Shown here: piece by piece, positions 1 to 9,608 of the stretch | Layout: each line of letters opens with the position of its first letter | Numbering within the stretch: position 1 is the first letter of the stretch | Assembly (NCBI GenBank): GCA_963666285.1 | Contig: OY762711.1 | From: Sedimentisphaerales bacterium | GTDB taxonomy: Bacteria; Planctomycetota; Phycisphaerae; Sedimentisphaerales; SM23-30 | Reading direction: 5' to 3' (one strand) | DNA length: 64,000 bases | Notes under the pieces: generated by a model | Told to the model about the DNA's origin: nothing | The model's database searches: none | What the model saw: only the letters and a program-made list of their open reading frames with translations | Translations under genes and position numbers: made by a program

Positions 1-22
1 AGATAAAGTTGAAGGAGTAGTC

Positions 23-2380
23 ATGAAGAGCCTGGCGATATTTTTTACGTTACTTATGTTGTTGTCAACACTTGCTTTAGCCGATATTGAAAGCGGGCTG
101 GTTGGCCATTGGGGTTTTGACAATGGCAGTGGTTTGGTTGTTACTGACTCTGCCGGCTCCAATGATGGAACTATCGTTGGTGAATCGAACTGGAATAGCG
201 ACGGATACCTGAACTTTGATGGAGATCAATATGTAACTCTTGATGGCATTAGCGGCCAGCAGCCAGGCGATGAAATGACTATCTCTGCCTGGGTGCGTCT
301 TGATAATCTATCTGGTGTTAAAGTTATTTATAACTGTAACAGCTGGTGGGCCGATGGTTTATTTCATTTTCAGATCTATAATGACCATATAGAGTTTGCC
401 GTATGGGGATATGAAGCATTAAGTGTCCAAAGTTTTAATGATGTTGGTTCCTGGTATCATGTAACGGCAGTATATTCAAATTCAAATAGCGATAGTGCTA
501 TCAAACTATATGTTAACGGCGAAGAAGCCGCTGCTATGGCTGCTGATCAGACATTACAGGTTGATCTGAGTAATGCGGCCTGTATCGGTGCCTGGGATAA
601 CGGTACTGCTGTCGAACGTATATTCAGTGGCGGGATTGATGAGTTGCGAGTATATGATCGTATGTTGTCTGCTGCAGATATTGCAGAGTTATACGACAGT
701 GATGGCGATGGTATAATCAATATAGATGATCCATTCCCTTATGACCCTGACAATGATATTGATGGTGATGGTATCAGCGGTGATACAGACAACTGTCCAA
801 CTACTACGAACAGCGACCAGCTCGATACAGACGGTGATGGCATTGGTGATGTTTGTGATATGTATCCGAACGATCCTGATAATGACATAGATGGCGATGG
901 TATAAGTGGCGATATAGACAACTGTCCAGTTACGTATAATCCAGGTCAGGAAGATGCTGACGATGATGGTGTCGGCGATACTTGCGATGATGACAGCGAT
1001 AACGATGGAGTGATTGATATTACTGACAACTGTCCTGATACAGCCAACAGCGATCAGCTTGATGCTGATGGTGATGGAATTGGCGATGTTTGTGATGTGT
1101 ACCCGAACGATCCGGATAATGATATAGATGGTGATGGCATAAGTGGCGATATCGACAACTGCCCATATACGTATAACCCAGAGCAGGAAGATTCAGACGG
1201 TGATGGGATCGGTGATGTTTGTGAAGGTATAGAGTTTATTGTTGACCATAATGCAGATAATCCTGATAGAGATTTTGACTGTATTCAAACGGCGATAGAT
1301 TTTGCTCGTGACGGCCAGATAATTACCGTTATGCCTGGAAGGTATTATGAAAACATTAATATGAATGGTAAAGCGATAATATTGCAAAGCAGCAATCCGA
1401 ACAATACTGAAATCATCTTGGCTACGATTATTAATGGCGACCGGGCAGGTAGTGTAATAACCTGTAATAGCGGAGAAAGCAGCGATACAGTAATAAGCGG
1501 ATTTGTGATTACTAATGGCAAAGCTGAAAAAGGTGGCGGTATTTATAATTCATATAGTTCCCCAACAATAACTAACTGCGTGATCAGCAAAAATTTTGCA
1601 ATGGGAATCAGTGTGGGTTCTGTGACCAATACGAATACATCTCTTAATGGCGGTAGTGCCTATGGTGGTGGAATATACAACCAGGTCAGTTCCTCCCATA
1701 TTGTCAATTGCACAATCAGTAATAATGAAGCAACAGGTGGCGATGGTGGTGAAAGAGATGATGATAATGGCGGCAATGGAGGCAATGGCTATGGCGGTGG
1801 TATATATAATTACTCAGGTTCGTCTATACTGACTAACTGCACAATCAGATATAATGAAGTAACAGGTGGCGATGGCGGCGATGCTAAAGGTGATTACCTA
1901 AGTTATGGCGGCGATGGCGGGAATGGCTATGGTGGAGGATTGTATAATGCAATTTCCTCTCTCCAATTGAACAAATGTGAAATTGAAGAAAATTATACAA
2001 GTGGCGGAGAAGGAGGTAGTAGAAACAATGCTCCGTATGAATACGACGGCGAAGATGGCTATAGTAGAGGTGGTGGAATATGCAATGCATCCAGCTCAAC
2101 CTGGTCAATTAGTAACAGTATAATTTGTAATAATACAGCCGATAGCGGCGGTGGTGTATATAGTACAAGCAATTCTTTAGAATTAACAGCTTGCAACTTT
2201 TGTGCAAATTCACCTGAGGCAATTTATAGAACATACACTGACGGCGGCGATAATGTATTCACATTATACGATATTCCGCCAATACCAGGTGTTGTCACAG
2301 ATTATTTTGGTGATAGTGATGGCGATGGCGATGTTGACCTGACAGACTTTGCGGCATTTGCAGCAAACTGGCTAAAGTAG
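23..2380 (+). CDS. Secreted multidomain protein: LamG-like jelly roll, thrombospondin type-3 Ca-binding repeats, Gly-rich right-handed beta-helix, dockerin/EF-hand-like C-tail
   Basis: SD GAAGGAG and signal peptide. LamG motifs GLVGHWGFD, WYHVTAVY, FSGGIDELRVYDRMLS. Repeated DNCP..N..Q.D.DGDG.GD.CD and GGGIYN. Ends DSDGDGDVDLTDFAAFAANWLK. Confidence 0.85.
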   Translation: MKSLAIFFTLLMLLSTLALADIESGLVGHWGFDNGSGLVVTDSAGSNDGTIVGESNWNSDGYLNFDGDQYVTLDGISGQQPGDEMTISAWVRLDNLSGVKVIYNCNSWWADGLFHFQIYNDHIEFAVWGYEALSVQSFNDVGSWYHVTAVYSNSNSDSAIKLYVNGEEAAAMAADQTLQVDLSNAACIGAWDNGTAVERIFSGGIDELRVYDRMLSAADIAELYDSDGDGIINIDDPFPYDPDNDIDGDGISGDTDNCPTTTNSDQLDTDGDGIGDVCDMYPNDPDNDIDGDGISGDIDNCPVTYNPGQEDADDDGVGDTCDDDSDNDGVIDITDNCPDTANSDQLDADGDGIGDVCDVYPNDPDNDIDGDGISGDIDNCPYTYNPEQEDSDGDGIGDVCEGIEFIVDHNADNPDRDFDCIQTAIDFARDGQIITVMPGRYYENINMNGKAIILQSSNPNNTEIILATIINGDRAGSVITCNSGESSDTVISGFVITNGKAEKGGGIYNSYSSPTITNCVISKNFAMGISVGSVTNTNTSLNGGSAYGGGIYNQVSSSHIVNCTISNNEATGGDGGERDDDNGGNGGNGYGGGIYNYSGSSILTNCTIRYNEVTGGDGGDAKGDYLSYGGDGGNGYGGGLYNAISSLQLNKCEIEENYTSGGEGGSRNNAPYEYDGEDGYSRGGGICNASSSTWSISNSIICNNTADSGGGVYSTSNSLELTACNFCANSPEAIYRTYTDGGDNVFTLYDIPPIPGVVTDYFGDSDGDGDVDLTDFAAFAANWLK

Positions 2381-2385
2381 AATAG

Positions 2386-2437
2386 CGATGTTGTGTGTTT
2401 GTACCATAAGAATCAATTCACGACATTGCACCCAATA
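2386..2437. repeat. 52-bp dispersed hairpin-forming repeat, copy 1
   Basis: 43/52 identical by manual ungapped alignment to 27409-27460. Confidence 0.7.
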
Positions 2438-2440
2438 TGA

Positions 2441-4285
2441 TTAATTTTGTAATATACCAAAATATACCGCAGCCAAGAAGTCAGCATTCCAGCCCTGGAT
2501 ACAATGGCCGCCGGTGCTGCCGTTAATTGAGTTAATGTATTCGTATGGCAGGTATTTGTTGTTATTTTCTAATGTTGCCTTTGCACATTTCTTCATTAGA
2601 TTAATTCCATCATCAGTTCTCCCGGATTTAAGCAATGCCCAACTATGAATGTAATTGAGGTAGGGCCACATTCCGCCGTTATGGTAACATCCCTGGGGAT
2701 AGCCGAAGCTGTCAGGGTAGAATGGCATTGTTTCAGCAGTTCCATATTCGGTAATTGAGGCATCTAATGCATTTAATACCAGGGTTGCGCGTTCTTTAGG
2801 CATTACATCGAATACAATGCCAACAACCTGATCCTGTAAAAGTTTTTTATTTGTCTGGTTTTTGGCGGTATCATTCCATGTTTGCTGGTAAAATTTACCG
2901 TTCCACAGTCCGCCGGATTCAACAGGTAGATTTATGAGTTTATCAGCTTTCGTATACATAGCCTGATATACTTCGGCGTCATCAGAGTATTCTAGTATTT
3001 TTGCTGCATTTATCATTTCTTTCAGGGCGGCAAGGTATGTGAATGCCATATGGGGAGCGTATTTCCTTCCTTCTATGCCGTTAACATCTTTCCAGTCGGC
3101 CCAAAATGAGTGCTGCTGCGGCATTCCCTGGTTATTTATGTCAAGTGATTTAAGGAAACCGATTGCGTTTTTCATTGCCGGGTAGCAATACTTTAAGAAT
3201 TGTGAATCTTTATGATGGTTATAATATCGAGCTGCCCTGAGTATAAAATAGCAAGTAATATCGATATCGTCATTGCGTTCTATCGTTGGGAGTATTGTGG
3301 TAGGAATTTTCCCATCATTTCTTTGATGTTCAATCGATTCAAATATCATTTTCTTCTCCAGTTCAGGCCAGAGCAGCAAATGAGCGAAACTTGTCCAATA
3401 TGAATCTCTTTGGTTTAACTCGGAATACCCCATGGTTAAAACATTGCCGTCTTTCATTGTTTTAGTGAGTATTACTGCAGGAATCATATGCCAGCGGAGA
3501 TAGCGATTGATTTCACGGTCGTTTACAACGGGTAATTTTTTAGTGAAGTCATTTGTCTTATTTTCAAGTAATTCCAGGTTATCTGAGGCGTAGGCCAATA
3601 TTTCCTGCGGTGAATTAAAAGCCTGGGCGGATTTACTCATATCATCGTAAATGCCTGTAATAATATGTATTGTTTTTGCTTCTCCTGGTTTTAAGATTAC
3701 CGGAGTTGAAAGCCGGTCAATAATATAATTAACATTTTTCTGATGCAAGACCGCGACAAACTTGTTGCCGGAACACAGCATAGTAAAGTCTTTGTTCGAT
3801 CGATCTATATAATAAGGGGTGTCAATATATTGGCTTGTTTGAAGATTTAGTTCCAGCTGTTTTGTGTCTCCAGAGTTAATAAAGTCAATTTTACTTATTA
3901 TAAAAGGGAGCGAAGATGTGAAATCGTCATTATACGCTATTGGTGCATAGGTCAAGGTGTTAACCTGGATATCATTTATTTTGGGGTCCGATTGCTCTGT
4001 CTTGACAAAAGGCCAGTTCCGGTTAATTGTTTTATTCTGGAAGTCATCAAATTCAATAGAATTTGTGTTGTATGTGATACTTGCAGTTATGTTTCCTAAA
4101 CTGCTGAGCCACTGTCCGTACCCTGAAGGGTTGTGGATTATATTGCCAAATATTTTGCCTTCTGCCGAAATATTGGCCCCAATTTTAAAATTACAACACG
4201 GGTAACCATCTACACTGTCTATTTCATAAGCTATTAAATGATTACATACAATTAAAAAGCAAAATGCGTACATCGTAAATTTCAT
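2441..4285 (-). CDS. Secreted six-hairpin (alpha/alpha)6 glycoside hydrolase (GH116/GH63/GDE-like)
   Basis: Signal peptide. Motifs RDSYW, QRNDGKIP, YHNGGMWPY, PYEY...QGW. Confidence 0.7.
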   Translation of the reverse strand: MKFTMYAFCFLIVCNHLIAYEIDSVDGYPCCNFKIGANISAEGKIFGNIIHNPSGYGQWLSSLGNITASITYNTNSIEFDDFQNKTINRNWPFVKTEQSDPKINDIQVNTLTYAPIAYNDDFTSSLPFIISKIDFINSGDTKQLELNLQTSQYIDTPYYIDRSNKDFTMLCSGNKFVAVLHQKNVNYIIDRLSTPVILKPGEAKTIHIITGIYDDMSKSAQAFNSPQEILAYASDNLELLENKTNDFTKKLPVVNDREINRYLRWHMIPAVILTKTMKDGNVLTMGYSELNQRDSYWTSFAHLLLWPELEKKMIFESIEHQRNDGKIPTTILPTIERNDDIDITCYFILRAARYYNHHKDSQFLKYCYPAMKNAIGFLKSLDINNQGMPQQHSFWADWKDVNGIEGRKYAPHMAFTYLAALKEMINAAKILEYSDDAEVYQAMYTKADKLINLPVESGGLWNGKFYQQTWNDTAKNQTNKKLLQDQVVGIVFDVMPKERATLVLNALDASITEYGTAETMPFYPDSFGYPQGCYHNGGMWPYLNYIHSWALLKSGRTDDGINLMKKCAKATLENNNKYLPYEYINSINGSTGGHCIQGWNADFLAAVYFGILQN

Positions 4286-4985
4286 ATATGGACTCCTGTT
4301 TGTGCTTTATTATTACTGCTGCTTAATTATAAATGATCAGCGATTTCAAATAAATGAGATATTATGAGTTGTATTTGTTTTATATCAGAATTACTAACAC
4401 AAACTGCCAGACAGTCAGTTTGAAAGGTATTAAGCGAGGGTTTCCTGAAAGCGGTAGGCTATATATTTTTTATCCGACATATTGTCTTAGGGTTTGTGAC
4501 AGGAAAACAAATATAAAATCGGTAACTTCGATTTACTAATTGGATTTCAAGTATATGAAAATTATTATTTATCAAAAGTATCAAGATATAATAAGCTATG
4601 TTTGGCGATCAAATTATCCTTTGTGAAGAGTATTCGCATGTAATGCCGCATATAATGAAGTATATGGGTGTTTTTGCGATATTTCGACAATATCTTACAT
4701 ATCAATATATCAAAGGCAGAGGTCACTATTTTCTATTCATTCAATAATGAAATATGTTATAGTTGATAATGTGAAATATGTGATATCTTTTATTAATTTC
4801 TGTTAAATATAGCTCTAAAATATAAATCTTTTTACGAGAATTGTATGAAGAGGCATATTCGCATGTTTTAGACGAAGGTGTGGTTAAGCACTTTTGGCTG
4901 TTCAACATTATTATAACATCAATAACGATATTTAATTAATGCTAATACGTAAACAATTATGGCGATCTAATTTGAAACGAGGTAA

Positions 4986-5858
4986 ATGATGAAAAGTAAA
5001 CAAGCTTTTACATTGATAGAGCTTTTGGTAGTAATTTCTATAATTGCATTATTGGTGAGTATTTTAATGCCTGCCCTAAACAGAGCCAAAGAACAGGCGA
5101 AAGCTTCAGTGTGCCTTGGTAATCAGAAAGCACTAATAAGTGCCTGGATTATGTACCAGGTTGATAATGATGACAAGCTTGTTGGCGGAATCGTAAGTTC
5201 ATATGACTCCACAGCGAATGCAAGTTACTGGGGAGGAGCATTGGACTATCCTGCAAAAATATCGTGGGCACATGCCCCGCTTCGCAGTGATTTGAGAAAT
5301 GCAACAAAAGATGATCTTATATCGACTGATGGGCTGAATTGCAGGAAACGAGGGGTCGAATATGGCAAATTATGGAAGTATACAAAAACACATGATGTTT
5401 ATAACTGCCCAGGTGATAGAAAATTCAAAAATAACCCACCATATGATACTTTTGTATCATATGCCATTTCAGCTACGATGAATGGAGAAGAACATACCTG
5501 GAATGGTAATATCAAACCATATATCAATAATAGCCAGATTAAGATACCAACCGAAAAAATGGTATTCATAGAGGAAAATCCAATCGAACAAGAATGGCTG
5601 GCAGGTTCATTTGTGCTTGATTCAACAGGAAGCACTACAATGCCAAAATTAATCTGGCGAGATTATCCGGCACCATGGCACATTAAAAAAGCAACTGTTA
5701 GCTTTGCAGATGGTCACGCTCAGACAACAGACTGGAAATCTAAAACAACTCGTGAGCTGGTTATGCATGAGACGAGAATGACATTTAGTATTGGTGATGA
5801 ATTCTGTGCCGATAATCTTGATCTCTTCGATATGAATCAGTGGTATGGAGGAAGATAA
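4986..5858 (+). CDS. Prepilin-type N-terminal cleavage/methylation protein with H-X9-DG motif (DUF1559-like)
   Basis: AFTLIELLVVISIIALL..PAL.RAKEQA...C..N; HIKKATVSFADGH; SD GAGG. Confidence 0.92.
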   Translation: MMKSKQAFTLIELLVVISIIALLVSILMPALNRAKEQAKASVCLGNQKALISAWIMYQVDNDDKLVGGIVSSYDSTANASYWGGALDYPAKISWAHAPLRSDLRNATKDDLISTDGLNCRKRGVEYGKLWKYTKTHDVYNCPGDRKFKNNPPYDTFVSYAISATMNGEEHTWNGNIKPYINNSQIKIPTEKMVFIEENPIEQEWLAGSFVLDSTGSTTMPKLIWRDYPAPWHIKKATVSFADGHAQTTDWKSKTTRELVMHETRMTFSIGDEFCADNLDLFDMNQWYGGR

Positions 5859-5912
5859 GCCTTTTATTGGCATAATAGTGATATCTTTGACACTTTGAAA
5901 TATATTAAGTTA

Positions 5913-5939
5913 CTCAAACTGACCGGCGGTCAGTTTGAG
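5913..5939. other. 12-bp perfect inverted repeat (terminator-like hairpin or operator)
   Basis: CTCAAACTGACC-GGC-GGTCAGTTTGAG downstream of the DUF1559 gene, no U-tract; related site at 4400-4427. Confidence 0.5.
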
Positions 5940-6443
5940 AGGGAGGGGAGGTGTTGGTTTTGATATCAGGTCCAAAAGTCGAGTACGACAAATAAGATTA
6001 GATTTTAACGCAATAGTGTATATACGGGCATTGCAGCAATATACGGCCTCAGGCTGTTGTTATGCGTATATTTTAGCAATAAATCCGAAATGCAATTAAC
6101 GAGTATGTTTCATAAACCATGATATATATAGTGCTTATGAATGATATTGGGGAGCTGTGACTTATATGTTTGCATGATTATTTTATTGTTTAATGGCGCA
6201 ATTCCGGGGTTTAATAAATCTATTATCAAATCTTTTACTTACATAAAGTATTTCTAATTCTATTAATCTATAGTCTTATCTTGTATTGAGTTACATTCGT
6301 TTGCATTCATGTAAATATGATATTATTCATATTTGTTAATGAATGATTTAATATTATCTATATAAATGTAAAAAAGGTGTAACTTTATCTACATATGAGT
6401 GTAAAATTAATAAAATGATTAATAATAATGACTTGTATTTCTC

Positions 6444-6472
6444 TTGACACTTGTATGGTCGAGAGATAATAT
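6444..6472 (+). promoter_or_regulatory. Putative sigma70 promoter of the psp/flotillin operon
   Basis: TTGACA-N17-TAATAT about 185 bp upstream of the first pspA. Confidence 0.4.
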
Positions 6473-6656
6473 CAGTAGAGTTATTGAGATTGTTTTAAGA
6501 GATTTAGTATTCCAAACATGGTTTGCGCCATCCGTGTGTGATGGGTAACTGCAAAGCATTTTGACGATCAGGCGGTATCGAGAATACCCGATATTCAGCC
6601 GTCGTCGGTTATTCCAGTGTGTGTTTCTGGAAGCCTAATATAAGGAGTATTACATT

Positions 6657-7337
6657 ATGGGACTGTTCAAACGTTTACACAGAATCACCGTAGGCAGGAT
6701 CGAAGCATTTTTAGATCGCGTAGAAGATCCGGAAGTTGTATTTCCAATTCTAGTAAAAGAGATGGAAGCTCAGCTTGAAGAAACGGCCAAAGCAGAGTCG
6801 CGTGCGAGCGCGAATTTGAAGCAGGCTCGTCGTGAGTTGGAGCGACATCAGCAGCGATTGGAAAAATACAATCAAGGTGCAGTGCTGGCGATCAAGAAAA
6901 ATGACGAGCAGACGGCACATTTGGCGGTAGAGGCTCAGATTGACCTTGAACGTGTTATCGAACTGTCGCAGCAGAACTATGACAGGGCCGTTGATGCACT
7001 GGAACATGCAACAGCAAGTCGTCAGCGTATAGCCAGGCAGCTGGAAGAGCTGCGATCAAAGAAACAGGAGTTGCTGGCGCGTGTCAAGATAGTAAAGGCA
7101 CAAAAGAAAGTGCAGCGTAGTGTCTCGGGCGGGATTGGTTGTTCAGATAGTATTTTAGATTCGGTTGCCAGATTGGAAGCTAATATCGAAGAAGCAGAGT
7201 CAAAACTCGAGATACAGGCTTCATTAAATGGCGATGATTTACTTTATAGTCCGTTGGACAGGCAGTTGCGAGAGCTGGACCATGAAGCAGAAGTTCAGCG
7301 CAGGCTGGATGAGGTCCGAAAGCTGGCAATGAGCTAA
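6657..7337 (+). CDS. PspA/IM30 (Vipp1/ESCRT-III-like) family protein, paralog 1
   Basis: 226-aa coiled coil; MGLFKRLHRIT...LDRVEDPE; SD TAAGGAG. Confidence 0.88.
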   Translation: MGLFKRLHRITVGRIEAFLDRVEDPEVVFPILVKEMEAQLEETAKAESRASANLKQARRELERHQQRLEKYNQGAVLAIKKNDEQTAHLAVEAQIDLERVIELSQQNYDRAVDALEHATASRQRIARQLEELRSKKQELLARVKIVKAQKKVQRSVSGGIGCSDSILDSVARLEANIEEAESKLEIQASLNGDDLLYSPLDRQLRELDHEAEVQRRLDEVRKLAMS

Positions 7338-7464
7338 AAAAACGGATAGTATTGGAAGCTACTTAGAAAAATAATTTATGCCGGGCTGCGGCATGATTTG
7401 CAGCCTGGCAGTAAATATATTTCATGAATAACAAATGATGGTTAAATACCATCGGGAGGCAGCT

Positions 7465-8130
7465 ATGGCTATTTTTGAACGAATAAGCAGGATTATCAAA
7501 GCAAATATTAATTGGATGCTGGATATTGTTGAGCCTGCTGAAAATGAGTTAGAATCTAAAATAAAAGAACTAGAGGAAATTATCCATGAGGGCCGTGAAA
7601 GTGCGGCAATGTATGGTGCAACATACAGGCGTCTGGAGAACGATCTTGCCGAACAGGTCAAAAGTCGGGATAAATTGGCGGTTGAGGCAGAAAACGCGAT
7701 TATGGCCGGTGATGAAAACCACGCCCGAAAGCTATTGGGTGAGAAAGTCAGAATTGATGAAAAAATCGCACAGCTTGAACCGAGTGTTGCGAAAGGTAAG
7801 AAGTCTTTTGAGATGCTAAATGCAAATATTCAGAAACTACAAGGTCAGCTGCGAGAATCGAAGATGAAGCTTCGAAATTTGCAGGCCCGTAAGGATATTG
7901 CTGATGCCCAGAATGAGTTTGATAAGAAGTTGGGTGCTGCCGGTATTGTAGATGGTGACAGCGGCTTTGAGCGTTTAGAGGATGAGGTTTTGACCAGTGA
8001 GGCAGAAGTAGAAATACGACAGCAGATGCGGGGTGAGACTTTAAGTGATTTTGACCTTGAAGAGCGTTCGCGTGAATTGCAAATTGAGGCTGAATTGCAG
8101 GAATTAAAGGAAAAAATTGAAAAGAATTGA
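7465..8130 (+). CDS. PspA/IM30 family protein, paralog 2
   Basis: MAIFERISRIIKANIN..LD..E..E, AIMAGDENHAR, FERLED. Start moved from 7435 to the ATG after SD GGGAGG. Confidence 0.9.
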   Translation: MAIFERISRIIKANINWMLDIVEPAENELESKIKELEEIIHEGRESAAMYGATYRRLENDLAEQVKSRDKLAVEAENAIMAGDENHARKLLGEKVRIDEKIAQLEPSVAKGKKSFEMLNANIQKLQGQLRESKMKLRNLQARKDIADAQNEFDKKLGAAGIVDGDSGFERLEDEVLTSEAEVEIRQQMRGETLSDFDLEERSRELQIEAELQELKEKIEKN

Positions 8131-8202
8131 CTTTAATAATTACAGTGTTACTACTGTGACCTGATTTACTAATCTTCGGCCAAACATACCGTATTGTAAA
8201 AG

Positions 8203-8862
8203 GTGATTGATATGCCAGAATTATTACAAGAATCATTTTTGTCGGTGAACCTGATATCTACCACATTGCTGATATTGGTTATTATATATTGGCTGATGGT
8301 GATACTTGGAGCTTTGGATGTCGAATTATTTGATTTTGACTTGGATGCCGACGCAGACGCAGATATAGATATGGATGCTGATATAGACAGCCCCGGCTTT
8401 TTGCGGGCAGTATTGGAGTTTTTCTATATTGGCGAAGTGCCGATTATGGTGCTGGCAAGCATATTTATTCTTACATCATGGGTGATTTCTGTTATGGGTA
8501 ACTATTATCTTAATCCGGAAAGAGGAGTTTTGGTCGGAAGTGGTATTGCAGTTGGTAATTTATTTGTAAGTATAATATTAACAAAGATATTTTCTATGCC
8601 GGCCAGGAAGGTATTTAAGATGTTTGATAATGACCCTAATGCACCGAAGAAAGTAATTGGAAGAATAGGTGTTGTTCTGACCAGCCAGGTTTCAGATAAA
8701 ATGGGGCAGGTTGAGATAAAAACCAAAGGCGCCCCGATTGTGCTGAATGCCAAGACTGAGGATGGTACAGTATTAAAAAAAGGTGAAGAAGCGATCGTTG
8801 TAAGGCAAAATGAAGAAAAAACGTTGTATTATGTCATGCCTGTAGAAGTAGAAAAAGTATGA
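8203..8862 (+). CDS. YqiJ/DUF1449 (NfeD-like OB-fold) membrane protein, flotillin partner
   Basis: TM helices, acidic DADAD linker, GEVPIMV, C-terminal OB-like GRIGVV...GQVEI...LKKGEEAIVV. Alternative ATG at 8212. Confidence 0.8.
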   Translation: MIDMPELLQESFLSVNLISTTLLILVIIYWLMVILGALDVELFDFDLDADADADIDMDADIDSPGFLRAVLEFFYIGEVPIMVLASIFILTSWVISVMGNYYLNPERGVLVGSGIAVGNLFVSIILTKIFSMPARKVFKMFDNDPNAPKKVIGRIGVVLTSQVSDKMGQVEIKTKGAPIVLNAKTEDGTVLKKGEEAIVVRQNEEKTLYYVMPVEVEKV

Positions 8863-8939
8863 ATATAAGATATATATAGGCATAAGTCGAGTAACTTACC
8901 TTTTTCTTAACATACTGAAAAGAACAAATTTAGATAGTT

Positions 8940-9512
8940 ATGTTAGCAGAACTTTCAAAACCTATTATAATAACAATGGCAGTTTTCGTCGGCTTGAATA
9001 TTTCTACTTTCATTATGCTATTGTTATGCTATCGAAAGGTACCGCAAGGTAAAGCTTTGGTCAGGAATGGATTCAGCGGCTTGAAAGTTACTTTTAATGG
9101 TAAAATCGTTATACCACTATTGCATAAAGCTGAGTTTGTAGATGTTACATATAAGCGAATATTGGTGGATTGTATAAGTGATAACGCCTTTATTACTAAG
9201 GATAATGTACAAATAAATGTTCTGGCAGCTTTTTTTGTACGAATTAATAATACAGAAGAAGATGTAATAAGAGTTGTACAGGATTTGGGGTGTGAGAATG
9301 CATCTAAAATTGAGGTTATTGCAGATTTATTTAGCAGCAAGTTTAGAGAGAAATTACGAGATGCAGCGAGACAGTTTAATTATATTGATTTGGATGAAAA
9401 CCGTATGGCGTTTGGTAAAAGGGTTATGGGTTTCATAGATAAAAATCTTAACGGATATATTTTGGAAAATGTTATTATTGAAAATGTTGTAAAGATGGGT
9501 AATGATGTATAA
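8940..9512 (+). CDS. SPFH/band-7 domain-only paralog of the downstream flotillin
   Basis: Aligns to residues about 1-188 of 9609..11597 (CYRKV.QG.AL.RNGF, KIVIP.LHKAE, KDN, FFVR.NNT.EDV); has no coiled coil. Confidence 0.8.
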   Translation: MLAELSKPIIITMAVFVGLNISTFIMLLLCYRKVPQGKALVRNGFSGLKVTFNGKIVIPLLHKAEFVDVTYKRILVDCISDNAFITKDNVQINVLAAFFVRINNTEEDVIRVVQDLGCENASKIEVIADLFSSKFREKLRDAARQFNYIDLDENRMAFGKRVMGFIDKNLNGYILENVIIENVVKMGNDV

Positions 9513-9608
9513 CATCTGGCAAAGCCAGAGTGAGTATTAAAAGAATATGATCAGGTACAGGACAAATACTTTGGTCGGTAAGGAAAACTAGAGACAAGGA
9601 GTTAAATT

